A stretch of DNA of 63,214 nucleotides, the filler included, from Octopus bimaculoides (lineage: Eukaryota): the NCBI RefSeq assembly GCF_001194135.2. It is 4 parts of 4 records of this genome, joined end to end, with 100 filler letters (N's around TTAATTAATTAA, not from the genome) between each part and the next. Parts side by side here need not be neighbours in the genome. Positions count along the whole stretch, not along the records: positions 12,939 to 34,693 come from NC_068982.1; 3 more parts are not named here. One strand, written 5' to 3'. Made by a program: the position numbers and the translations under genes. Below are positions 13,614 through 24,660 of this stretch, in pieces. The notes under the pieces were generated by a model. It was not told where the DNA came from. It was given only the letters and a program-made list of their open reading frames with translations, and searched no databases. How positions within the stretch are numbered: the first letter of the stretch is position 1; each line of letters opens with the position of its first letter.

Positions 13614-14212
13614 GATTATGTGAGTGGAGGCGCAATGACCCAGTGGTTTCGATTCCCAGACCGGGCGTTGTGAGTGTTTATTGAGCGAAAACACCTAAAG
13701 CTCCACGAGGCTCCGGCAGGGGATGGTGGCGAACCCTGCTGTACTCTTTCACCACAACTTTCTCTCACTCTTACTTCATGTTTCTGTTGTGCCTGTAATT
13801 CAAAGGGTCAGCCTTGTCACACTGTGTCACGCTGAATATCCCCGAGAACTACGTTATGGGTACACGTGTCTGTGGAGTGCTCAGCCACTTGCACGTTAAT
13901 TTCACGAGCAGGCTGTTCCGTTGATTGGATCAACTGGAACCCTCGATGTCGTAAGCAACGGAGTGCCAACAACACAGATTATGTGAACATTGTTCGAAAA
14001 TAATTGTTTGAAAACAATTATTCGAAAAACATTTATTCGAATGGAAAATTGTATGAATGAAAATTATTCAAAAGGATAATTATACGAAATGTTAATTATT
14101 CTAAATCTTTTATTTTATTAAAAATCAAGTACACGAGTTATAGTTATTTCGAATAACTGTTTTTCGAATAATTGTTTTCGAACAATTGTTTTCGAACAGT
14201 TTTCATGATACG
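13614..14212. mobile_element. Foldback MITE with tandem subterminal repeats (interrupted by a SINE)
   Basis: About 60-bp imperfect TIRs built of about 15-bp AATTGTTTTCGAAC-like units; TATGGTTA duplicated at 13606-13613 / 14213-14220. An 8-9 bp TSD suggests Mutator or hAT (inference). Confidence 0.75.
13624..13975 (+). mobile_element. tRNA-derived SINE, family A, nested in a MITE end
   Basis: Homologous to 1419-1806; 11-bp TSD AGATTATGTGA (13613-13623 / 13976-13986). Confidence 0.92.
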
Positions 14213-14369
14213 TATGGTTAATAGCTGAGTAATATGAGGAAGTACGATAAAACACTGATACTTGATTGTTAAGCAAAATGAATGGATTAAGTGAGCACTA
14301 AAATTTAGGGTTAAGATTTCTTCAACTGATGTGTGGCATTAGACAAAGTCATCTGCCAGATGCCTTCCC

Positions 14370-14700
14370 TTTATCCAAGGGTTGGCTTGCTAAGATTGTC
14401 CAGTTACATTACTAGTTGCTTCTATTTGGATCATCATTGGCATTTCTTTGGGATAATAGATAATGGTGCCCCAAATTCTTTTCACGATGACTGGCCGATA
14501 TCTTGACTCGCCCTGTCTAATCGCATGTCACACCCCAGTCACATCTTCAGTCCCATTGACATGACTGGTTCTTCTGTACTCTCTGCCATTCCGGGTTTCA
14601 TGTACTTAAGAATAGACATTTCCATCCTCAGGCATTGTAGTTCAGCTTGTCAGTCGAAACAATGAATTAGAGTGTGGCCACTGCTGAATACTGCAGCATC
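14370..14700 (-). mobile_element. Degenerate RTE-type LINE 3' fragment
   Basis: Minus-strand remnant LQCLRMEMSILKYM resembles the RTE post-RT region; heavily eroded. Confidence 0.4.
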
Positions 14701-14769
14701 CGTGGAGCCAAAATAGTTGCACAATAATTTAGAGTTGGCAAACCCTCTAAGTTTCTTTTCTAAATTTAG

Positions 14770-14844
14770 GTGACAATCCTGAAACCGGAACAGCCACCCA
14801 CCAACTGAAGACAACAGAAAGTTTCACCATTTCTCCAATAACAG
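14770..14844 (+). CDS. Thr-rich stalk exon of the LDLa gene
   Basis: ttttctaaatttag| acceptor, |gtatgt donor, 75 nt, phase 1-1, open: GDNPETGTATHQLKTTESFTISPIT. Confidence 0.7.
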
Positions 14845-15662
14845 GTATGTATTGCAAGTATTTTTCTTCACATTACCCGAGAACTGTTTGTAAATCAATT
14901 ACAGTCAATATTAGACTTGTATTGAGTTGTGAGAGGTGGTAGAACGCCGGATTAAAATTCCTGTTTATGAGTTTAAGGCTGAATACAATTGATAACTGAA
15001 ATAGAGTAAAGCAAAGGGATGATGGGAGTTGAAATTACGATTCCTCTTTCATTTGTTACAATAATCACTGTATCACGATACATTTATAACAGATAAATGC
15101 CTGACATTTTAAATATTCATTTCTCAGCATAATAAATTGTGTTTATATAGATATAGGAAAGTAGACTGTGACGTTTAGATATTTCTGAACAGTATCAATA
15201 ATGTCAGGAGAATCGAAAGAGCAATATCTAATGCTCGAAACTCTAAGGGAAAAAACTATCTCATAGTTTATCTATGGTTTATATTTAGATCTTTTTACGT
15301 ATTCCATCATAATGTGTTAGTTTCTGTTTCATGTATGAGAGAGGTAATAAATTAAAATTAATTGTTTGTAAACCAAGTGTGCAATAATCCCTGAATTTCG
15401 GAGTAAACGCATCTAGTGGTGAAATAAGGAAGTGAGATTTCTATTGGATATCGATATCGTTTGTCTATTTGCTTAACGTGATCACGCTGCTGTTAGGACA
15501 CTAAAGTTCTTATCTGTCTTTTTTTTTTAAGCAAAGCTGCTGCCTTCCGCATACTTTCCTGATTATGACAGTTTCCTATAAAACATTTTGATAGTATTCT
15601 GCTGCCAGAAAATTTATCTGAATCTACTGCACTTAAAATTGTATTGTTGAGTTGTTAATAAA

Positions 15663-16000
15663 TAATCTTTCTAATTTTGGCACATCAGCAATTTTGAGAG
15701 AAGTGACAAGTCGATTGCATTGGCCCCAGTCATTGACTCCGAAAGGATGAAAAGCAAAGTCAAACTCGGTGGCATTTGAACTCAAACCATAACACGCCGG
15801 AAGAAATGCCGCTGAACATTTTATCCGACGTGCTGCGATTCTCTCAGTTTGCAGCCTTAAATATTATTAGAGTACAGTAGAAGGTGGCTGGAACGGTAGA
15901 ACGACAGCTAAAAGATCTTGTGTTCGGGTATGTTACTTTACGTACCGAGTTCAAATCCAGCTAGAGTCGAGTTTGTTTTCCTTTTTTTCGAGGTAGGTAT
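15663..16000. mobile_element. Two head-to-head family B-like SINEs (15663-15858 minus; about 15881-16000 plus, degenerate)
   Basis: Minus copy matches the family B head and core; plus copy retains GAGTTCAAATCC..AGAGTCGAGTTTG. Confidence 0.65.
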
Positions 16001-16340
16001 TGTGCTTGAACTAAGCTGACTGTACTTCTCCCTCAAACTTGTCACCTTGTTCAATTATAGGCCACTATTATTATGAAAACATTGAACGGAAGAGATTTTA
16101 ATTCTCTTTGTGTGCGTGTATGATTGCAAATATAAATGACATATATGATTGGGAACCTGTTCTTCACGTCATCCCTAAGGTATCCATTAGCCAATTTGAT
16201 AAAACCTTCCAACCCAGAACTGCAATTCTCAGGCATTGTCTTCCTACCCATGTTTTATAGACATACTTTTGTCTGTAGTTTAAAGTGATTATCACCCACA
16301 TCGTCCTTATTTCATTTTTGTAATAGACAAATATTTTATA

Positions 16341-16695
16341 TGCGCAGGCATGGCTATGCGTTTGAGAAACTCACTTTGCAATCCTGTGGTTTCGGATTCG
16401 GTCCCACTGCGAGACATCTTGAGCAAGTGTCTTCTACTATAGACCCGGATCAACCAATGCCTCAAGAGTGAATTTAGTAGACGGTAACTGTATGCAATGT
16501 ATACATGCCTGTATGTGTGTGTCTTTGTGTTTGAAACTCCACCGCTTGACAACCGGTGTTGGTTAGTTTACGTCCACATAGTTTAGAGGTTCGTCAGAAG
16601 TGACCGATAAAACAGATACCAAACTTTTAAAAAATTAACCCTACAAGGCGGTGTCCCAGTATTACTGCACTCCAATAAATGAAACAAGCAAAATA
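16341..16695 (+). mobile_element. SINE family C, old diverged copy
   Basis: Colinear with family C from head (CAGGCATGGCT) through CTTGAGCAAGTGTCTTCTACTATAG to tail AAGGCGGTGTCCCAG. Confidence 0.75.
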
Positions 16696-16757
16696 TTTTT
16701 GAAAAAACCAATTACGTAGTTGTAAATTTGGAGCTTTGAAAAATACCAAGTTTTAAT

Positions 16758-18612
16758 ATGTATTTTGAGTACCTAAATCCTTCTGGCTGCGTAAATATTC
16801 TGTTATCAGTAAAAATCAGCATCAATTACTGAACATTAGTTTTTAACCTATCTTGTATTCTAGAAAACTCATCAGAAATTGTGATTATTTACTTATTTTA
16901 ATTAGTTGAATGATTAAACAAACAAAACAAAACCACTTGTTTCACATGATGTTACGTAAGCTCAGATGTTTTAAAATTCGGTCATAAAGTTTACTTTGGC
17001 TGCTAAAATTAGACGTGAAAGTTTGACTTCCTTTGCTAATTTTAGTTATGTCGTTTGCAATTTTCTTTAGTCGTGATTCACTATAACCGCGTTTCACATA
17101 ATGACGCACAGAAAAAGTTGCATGTCTCCAATAATTCCTTATGTCAGTTCAAAAACTGGACTTCAGATTTAACTTAATTGCATGATGTGGATGATCGGAG
17201 CAGCAGAGAAGGAAAATTTGGGATGACGTAGGTTTGCAAAATAACTCTGTCGTTATTTGGCCTTCTGAAAACTTAACTTTTTATGTCTAAATTTTCGATG
17301 CTAGTTCTTGAAAAACTCGATGAGAATTTTATATTGAATTTAAATCCATAGTTTTATGAGAAGCAGTCACAGAAATGCAAGTTAACTAAACTATCCTGCG
17401 ATACCTCCACACACACCACTAAAAATATGTCATCAATGAACTATAACCAGAGTATTGGTTCATGACTGACCGTGCAGGAATTTAAATGTCTCCATTAACT
17501 GTGCCTCACATTTTGTCGTGAACACGTTAGCAATGTTAACTGCCACGGTGGTACCCATAACGCATGCCCTGGTCTGATGGTAAAATTTTGTTCAAACTTC
17601 ATTGTGTTACTCTGTAACGGTTCAGCTCAGCTCATACACTTCTCGGTGCAGCAGGGATCATCCCAAGCTAGCGGTCCCAGTGGTGTCATCGTACATAGAG
17701 CCGACCGGGTTCACCAGTACCCTCCATTGCTGGCCAGTTCCACTGCTTCTGCCAAGATGACATCGATCCTCTGGAGATTTTCCTTAATCATGTCCAGCCG
17801 TTTGATGCGAGGTCTGGCACGGGGTCTTTTCCAATCCACAGCTGCTGTGTCGAACGAGAGCAAGATTTAAATGGAGAGAGGCGGAGGACGTGTCCCTACT
17901 AGTGCATGCAACGAATGAGTATAAGGTGGGAGGCTATGGGCTAATGCAGCTCTTCGTTGGCAACGCGATGGTACTATCTGATGTTCTCGATGGTCTTAGG
18001 AGTCTGCTATCGAAGACGTTGATCCTTTTTGCCAAGGTCTTCATGAGGGGCCACGTTTCTACTCCATAGAGGAGTACAGAGAAGAACGATGCGCTGTAGA
18101 TGCGGAGTTTCGTCTTCTGGGAGATAGACGAGTGGCGCCAAAGGAGCTTCCATATAAGGAGTGCATCGCCTCAGCAATTAGACCACATATGCGGCTGATC
18201 TCCGGGGTCAGATCACCATTGCTGGTGACTGTGGAGCCCAGATAAATGAAGGAGCTGACAAAATCCACGACATCGGGGCCAATACGGAGCAGGGGAAGAT
18301 CCGGGCTATTGCCGACATGCTTCAGCTTTGTTTTCGCCCAACTCATCCGAAGGTCAAGCATGGCTGATTTCTCTCGGAATTAAAGTACTCAATACACGTT
18401 TCGATACGTGTATTGAGTACTTTAATTCTTCTTGCTGCGTAAATATTCTGTTATTAGTAAAAAGCAGCGACAATACTGAACATTAGTTTTTAACCTATCT
18501 CGTATACTATAGAAAACTCACTCGAATTGCAATTATTATTTTAATTGGTCGAGTGATTAAACAAACAAAACAAAACCGCTTGCTCCACATCGTAATTAAG
18601 TAAGTTCAGATA
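16758..18612 (+). repeat. Direct repeat pair (16758-16968 and 18406-18612), probably terminal region of a DNA transposon
   Basis: Shared GCTGCGTAAATATTCTGTTA..CTGAACATTAGTTTTTAACCTATCT..ATTAAACAAACAAAACAAAACC. Confidence 0.8.
17620..18376 (-). mobile_element. RTE-clade LINE, 5'-truncated 3' portion of RT ORF
   Basis: LRMSWAKTK..FIYLGSTVTSNGDLTPEISR..; after frameshifts, TWPL..VFDSRLLRTIENIRW..WKRPRARPR..; GC-rich relative to flanks. Confidence 0.9.
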
Positions 18613-19029
18613 CTAAATTTAGTAACGCACAAAAGGAAAGAACTTTATACCCTTTCTTCGATAAAGTAGAAAATTTACTTTCTGAATTAAATTGTCACGG
18701 GGAAACAAAATATTTTAATAATTTCTTCGATAATACTATGTAAAAGTTTTTGTCCTTGGATAGCAAGGTTATTTGCAAATTACTTCTGTCGAAAAAGCAT
18801 AGAAAATGGTTATTATTATTTCCTTCACACTTTGCATTTGCAACATGGATAATGCTATTTTGATATTTATCAATTTCCTATTTGGAAAACGGATGAATTT
18901 GTTCGTTTTCATTCATATAAGATTTGAAAGAAAGAATAACTAGCATAAGAATCAAATTTAACTTGTATTTAATCATACGTTGTTTAAAAGTTTAGAAGTG
19001 AGCAGCTTTTCGAGATTTACGATTGTGAT

Positions 19030-20240
19030 GTAAATCACTTTCAAGCATCAGCCCTCAAATATAGTCATCCATCTTGTGTTCGTTATAAGCTTTTTGATTG
19101 TGGCACCTCTGAGTACTCTTCTATGTTCTCCTTGAATTTATCAAGACGAGCATAAAGGATATAAAGTTTCGAGAACTTTCGGCTGCATATTTTGCTGTAG
19201 TTCTTCACCAGAGTATCAAACAGTTCCACATACATGTTTGTAGTGTGATTGTAAAAGAAAACCCGAATCGCAGCGACAAAATTGCTCTCAACTGCCTTTT
19301 TTCTCTTCTTACTGAGTAACTTGGAGAAATCCGTACAGTCAAGGATCTTCTTTATCTGAGGTCTGACACAGATCCACTCCAAGAGCACTATAGGCCAACG
19401 GACATAATTACAACATACAGATTTGCAGTGGATCCCTATACTGGTGGAACCCCAGGGTAAGTGACCGGTGTATCCGTACCTAAAGACGGCACGAGTCAGA
19501 CAAAGATACTTGCATTGATCTTTGCCTCTGACAGATTATGGGAGGAGTCTTGAAGACACATAAAGGAGTCAGATAACTTATCAAGAGCCGTGACAAATTG
19601 TTTCTTAAAATCAAAATTTATGTATAGTGGTGATAACAACGCCTTCAAAAAGTTCACCAATGGCTCACACTTGACGTTGTGCCTCCTTACGAGTAACTTA
19701 GTTGCGGCCAGAGACACCTCTTGTATAATATTCCTGCTGTCCCAAATGCAAAGATAACAGGAAAACTTAGAATAGCCGCCTTGAATACCCATCGGAAATG
19801 CCACCATTTCCAAGTCAGTGATAATCACCAAGCCCCACCCCCCACCACCACCACCATAAAAATATTACTTCAAGTCATCTAGTAAAGCTTCTCTTTTGAG
19901 TTGCATTGATTAGCTCAAGAGAAGCGATGGATACTGTCCGCTTATGGATTTGCACGGCTTTTAGGCTTATGGATAAGCTGTCGATAAAAAAGTGCCACTC
20001 GTTTGGGTTGCTGGGGATTCTGATTGCCTTGAACAAACTGGTCCCAATTTGGCAGAAACAGAGTCCATTTGATGTGTAAAGAATTTTGAAAAATCCTGTT
20101 ATCTACTAAATAATATTAATAAAGTTGACGGCAAATCTTCGACGTTTCATTCCCTGGTAAAGCTCTATGTATCTTAAGATTGTTCAAGCAGAGTTGCCTC
20201 CCTTAGCGAAGGACCTGAAAATTGTGCGACCTGACCTCGT
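19030..20240 (-). pseudogene. Chapaev3-like (CMC superfamily) transposase relic
   Basis: NEWHFFIDS..SLKAV, DLEMVAFPMGIQGGYSKFSCYLCIWDSR, LSEAKINASIFV / RPQIKKIL..YARLDKFKENIEEYSE match the recalled DLK..GYTKxxCFLCxWDSR / EGIFVGPQI / HLDFFPENLG pattern. Superfamily assignment is from memory. Confidence 0.7.
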
Positions 20241-20734
20241 TTTCTATGTTATTTTTGTAGTAAAAAAGAGTCGTGTAATAAACATACTTTATTTGATAGT
20301 CGAAAGGTTACTGAATCTTTTGACACCTCATACGTGAAAATCGACAACTCAGTTTTCGAATCCATAAGGAATATACGCGCACGCACGCGCACACAATGCA
20401 TACACACACATACACACACATACACACACACAAACTCTATTTTATCATATAAGATATATATATTACATGGACGGTAATATTTTCAACCGAGACATTACAA
20501 CTGTATCTGTTCAAATGCTTGAATTCTGTGTCTGTACATATATTTACACGGTTGCTAACATTTATTAATGGTTTCTCCCATTGTTTTGGTGCACCATTTT
20601 CTATCGCTAATAAAACTCTCAGCATTTTTGACAACACGGCTATGCTAGCATACATGTATAAGAGGTTCTTGCAATGTATTAATTGCTTCAGTTTATTTCA
20701 TTTTCATTCCCGTTTCGTTTTTGATTTTTTACAG

Positions 20735-20797
20735 ATAATCAAAGTCGTACAGTACTAACAAACCAGATGACCACCACTGACGATTCACTTACAACGG
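20735..20797 (+). CDS. Thr-rich stalk exon (duplicate copy 1)
   Basis: ttttttacag| acceptor, |gtattt donor, 63 nt, phase 1-1: DNQSRTVLTNQMTTTDDSLTT; paralogous to 22304-22375. Confidence 0.8.
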
Positions 20798-21099
20798 GTA
20801 TTTCGAAACTTCATTTTTTACATGAGCACAATAAATCATATATCTATATAGACATCGGAAACGTAGACTTGTATGATATTTAGGTATTTCTCAAGAGTTC
20901 CAATAATATGTGGGGAATGGAAAAGGCAACAACTAACACACGACACAATACAACAAAATCATTTTCTGTTTTGTTTATGGTTTGTAATTAAATCATTCTC
21001 TGTATATTAACATCACGAATATATATGTGTATATTAATATATAAATGCATATACATTCACACATACACATATATATTAACCTCTCTTCCCTCACACGCG

Positions 21100-21119
21100 T
21101 ACATACACACACACACACA

Positions 21120-21208
<89 letters not shown>

Positions 21209-21973
21209 NNNNNNNNNNNNNNNNNNNNNNNNNNNNNNNNNNNNNNNNNNNNNNNNNNNNNNNNNNNNNNNNNNNNNNNNNNNNNNNNNNNNNNNNNNNN
21301 NNNNNNNNNNNNNNNNNNNNNNNNNNNNNNNNNNNNNNNNNNNNNNNNNNNNNNNNNNNNNNNNNNNNNNNNNNNNNNNNNNNNNNNNNNNNNNNNNNNN
21401 NNNNNNNNNNNNNNNNNNNNNNNNNNNNNNNNNNNNNNNNNNNNNNNNNNNNNNNNNNNNNNNNNNNNNNNNNNNNNNNNNNNNNNNNNNNNNNNNNNNN
21501 NNNNNNNNNNNNNNNNNNNNNNNNNNNNNNNNNNNNNNNNNNNNNNNNNNNNNNNNNNNNNNNNNNNNNNNNNNNNNNNNNNNNNNNNNNNNNNNNNNNN
21601 NNNNNNNNNNNNNNNNNNNNNNNNNNNNNNNNNNNNNNNNNNNNNNNNNNNNNNNNNNNNNNNNNNNNNNNNNNNNNNNNNNNNNNNNNNNNNNNNNNNN
21701 NNNNNNNNNNNNNNNNNNNNNNNNATATGTGTGTGTGTGTATGTGTGTGTGTGTATACATATATATTTATATATATTATATATATGTACACACATATATA
21801 TATATGTATATATATATACATATATGTATATATACATATACATATATATATACATATATATATATGTACATATATATATACATATATATATACACACATA
21901 TATATATACATGCAATTTTAAAGCAATTTTGGGCGGTCAAGTGAATAAACATCTTTAAAATTGCATTTTCAAA

Positions 21974-22025
<52 letters not shown>

Positions 22026-22120
22026 CATACACACATACATACATACATACATACATACATACATACATACATACATACATACATACACACAATCATACAA
22101 GCATATATACATACATACAT
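21100..22120. repeat. Compound microsatellite (CA)(CT)(TA)..gap..(TA/CA)(CATA) between the duplicated exons
   Basis: Seen directly; representative of many similar tracts, e.g. 34621-34693 (AAT)n, 36460-36790, 38265-38367, 46460-46920, 54780-55030, 58950-59140, 62430-62540. Confidence 0.95.
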
Positions 22121-22303
22121 ACACTTTGATAATAAACAACAAGGAGGAATAGATGTTAGATTTAACTTTAAATACGATAATCACTGCAACTCTTTGATAT
22201 AATCAATCAATCAATACAAACGTCTTTGTGAAGAAAATATTTTTAAACATATTTATTGTCATTTTTATTCATTTCATTTCCATTCCTGTTTTGTCTTCAA
22301 CAG

Positions 22304-22375
22304 ATAATCGAAAACATATATCCGGTACAATACTAACAAACCAAACGACCACCACAGATGATTCACTTACAACAG
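22304..22375 (+). CDS. Thr-rich stalk exon (duplicate copy 2)
   Basis: ttgtcttcaacag| acceptor, |gtattt donor, 72 nt, phase 1-1: DNRKHISGTILTNQTTTTDDSLTT. Confidence 0.8.
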
Positions 22376-22469
22376 GTATTTGACTGATGTTTTGACGATT
22401 CATTTCTTAAATGAACTCAATAATTCATTTATATATAGACATAGCTAAACTTGTATTTATAAGAAAAGG

Positions 22470-22960
22470 AAATCTTCACTTCAAAAAACATAACGTTGCA
22501 CCTAAAATTGAAGCTAGTAAACTGATATATTATGACGGTTGTTCTTTTCTGGCCTGAAACTTGGGCAATGTGCAGAGCAATGGAAAAAAAGAAAGATGCC
22601 CTTGAGATGCGAATCTTTCGCAGATCGGGAAGAATAAGCTGGGAAGACAGGGTAACAGACACTGCAGTACTAGAAAAGATGAAAGTATAACGACACCTAT
22701 TGTCGAAAAATTAAGTCCATGAAGTTATCTTATCTTGGACATAAACACACCATGAGTCACTGTCCGAGAAGTTGTGGAAACAGAGCAACAGGCTGTGAAA
22801 GACGTTTGTGAACTAACGATATCAAAGAATGGGAAACAGCAGTCATGGCTGATTGTATACTCGCAGCACAAAGGGAGCTGGAAAGTCTTGGCAAACCGAC
22901 ACCTTGAACACAGGTTGAGCAGGCACCTGGTTGGTGGCTGATGGACATAGGTCATTTATA
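22470..22960 (+). mobile_element. RTE-clade LINE 3' fragment
   Basis: VLFWPETWAMCRAMEKKKDALEMRIFRRSGRISWEDRVTDTAVLEK matches the RTE LYGxETW..FEMxxxRRxLxISWxDRVTN motif; multiple stops. Confidence 0.8.
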
Positions 22961-23149
22961 TAGACGTGTGACAAACGTATTTCTTCACAGTACCAAATAA
23001 TGTCAGGGAAACGGAAAAAGTAACATCTAATTTTCGAAATTATAAGGCAAAACTATTTCTAACAGAATAATCAGAGGTTCGGAGAAAATCATTTGCAGAA
23101 TTTCTTCTGGTTTTTCAAATTCCGATTTCAAATTCCACCCAACTAAGAA

Positions 23150-23221
23150 TGTAAAGAACTTGAATAAATGCCGCTAACCATTTCGTATGACGTGCTAACA
23201 ATTCTGCCAGTTCGCCGCTTT
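23150..23221 (-). mobile_element. SINE family B head fragment
   Basis: GCCGCTAACCATTTCG..GTGCTAACAATTCTGCCAGTTCGCCGC is the reverse complement of the family B head. Confidence 0.7.
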
Positions 23222-24660
23222 ATAGGGTAGTTACACAACAAAGATTCACGTAAAGAATGAAGCTACAAAGTATAAAGTCGGTTGCATAGACGACAGCTGT
23301 CAGGTCGTGCACGTGTATGACCATCACTGGCAAGTTATTTTATTCTAGACGTTAAAGACAATTGTTGTCAACAATACCCATGCTGAAATCTAAAGACAGT
23401 AACAGTCGATACAATACCACTATGACCTTCATCCACAAAACAAAGTAATCCAGAAACGAGCAAGAGCAAAATATTTGGCTTCGCAAAGAGGCGGGTGTCA
23501 TTTCCGAATTTCTTTCTTCTAAAGAGATGTCTAAACAGAAACATCTCTCACACCCAGCTGTTGGATAGCCGTTGACTCTACTGAGTTCATCAGTCTTTGA
23601 TAATGTTGAAATGATTTTTTGTTTTATGTTTTCCATGTTTGTTCTATCATAATCAACAACCAGAAGTTGATGAGGAGGTCTGACCTCTTTGCTCAACTTC
23701 GATGTTTATCTTTTCGTGGTGGCGGTGATGGTAGTGGTGGTGATGTGGGTACGTGCTTATTACTTTGGTTATCTGTGACGAATCACAAGTAACACCCAAA
23801 ATTTTAATGAAATGTTTTGATTGGTGTAAAATGGTAAATGTCTTTAAGTGCAGAACATCGACAGAAACATAAATGTAGCACCTGAAGAAGTATCTACATT
23901 ATAATGAGGACCAAAACTTCATATTCAGAGATGCTAAGAATAATTTTAAATTATATCTTATGAATATGAAAAATTCCTAACTAATGAACGTAGGCTGCCG
24001 AAACATAAGTTGTGTTGCATAAATAAAGCCTTTGAATTCCCATCATAGGAAACGAAAACGTACAGAGTTCCTGAAAATAGATACCAAGCGCAAAATATTG
24101 AATTGTACGAAAAAATTGTCCAAGAAAGGGAGGTGGAGTGAATAAAAAAATTATAGTTAAATAAAATGACACTTCCTAAGAAAAACTTAAAAGGGGAGAT
24201 GTTGTAGGAAATTAGTAATAATGATGCACGAATGGAATAACCTAATCACTATAAGTAAAGAGAAGTGCGTGAAGTACCGGAGATGATCAGAGATGATCGT
24301 GATTTTACTGGTTTTACTAAGTATACTGTATGCCGAAGTGAGAGTTATAACAATCCAACATTTTAAGGATATACCAAGTACCGAAGATAAACCATAATAT
24401 TGGGTCATTAGTAGTTTAAATGTGGTCACTCAGTCTGCTACAAATAATAGCCAAATTTTCCTCTCAAATTATGCCTTTATAAAAAGAAGAATATGTTAAA
24501 TATAGTTCTATACATGCTATTTATGGAAAGAAAAATGATGAGAAACCAGCGGTTAGATTATCTTTGATCATTGGCCTAGTCAATATAAACAACATTTTAC
24601 TTACTTTTCATTTTACTGATTTCACATTTTACTGATTTCACATTTTATTTTCCCCTCCAG

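Noticed and set aside
21025-22184. Long ORFs in the supplied track (YIYI, THTH, CVCV, X-runs), here and throughout
   Set aside because: They are translations of microsatellites and N gaps with no coding signature.
23352-23696. 114-aa minus-strand ORF in intron 4
   Set aside because: No recognisable motif and no supporting splice structure; length is within chance expectation.
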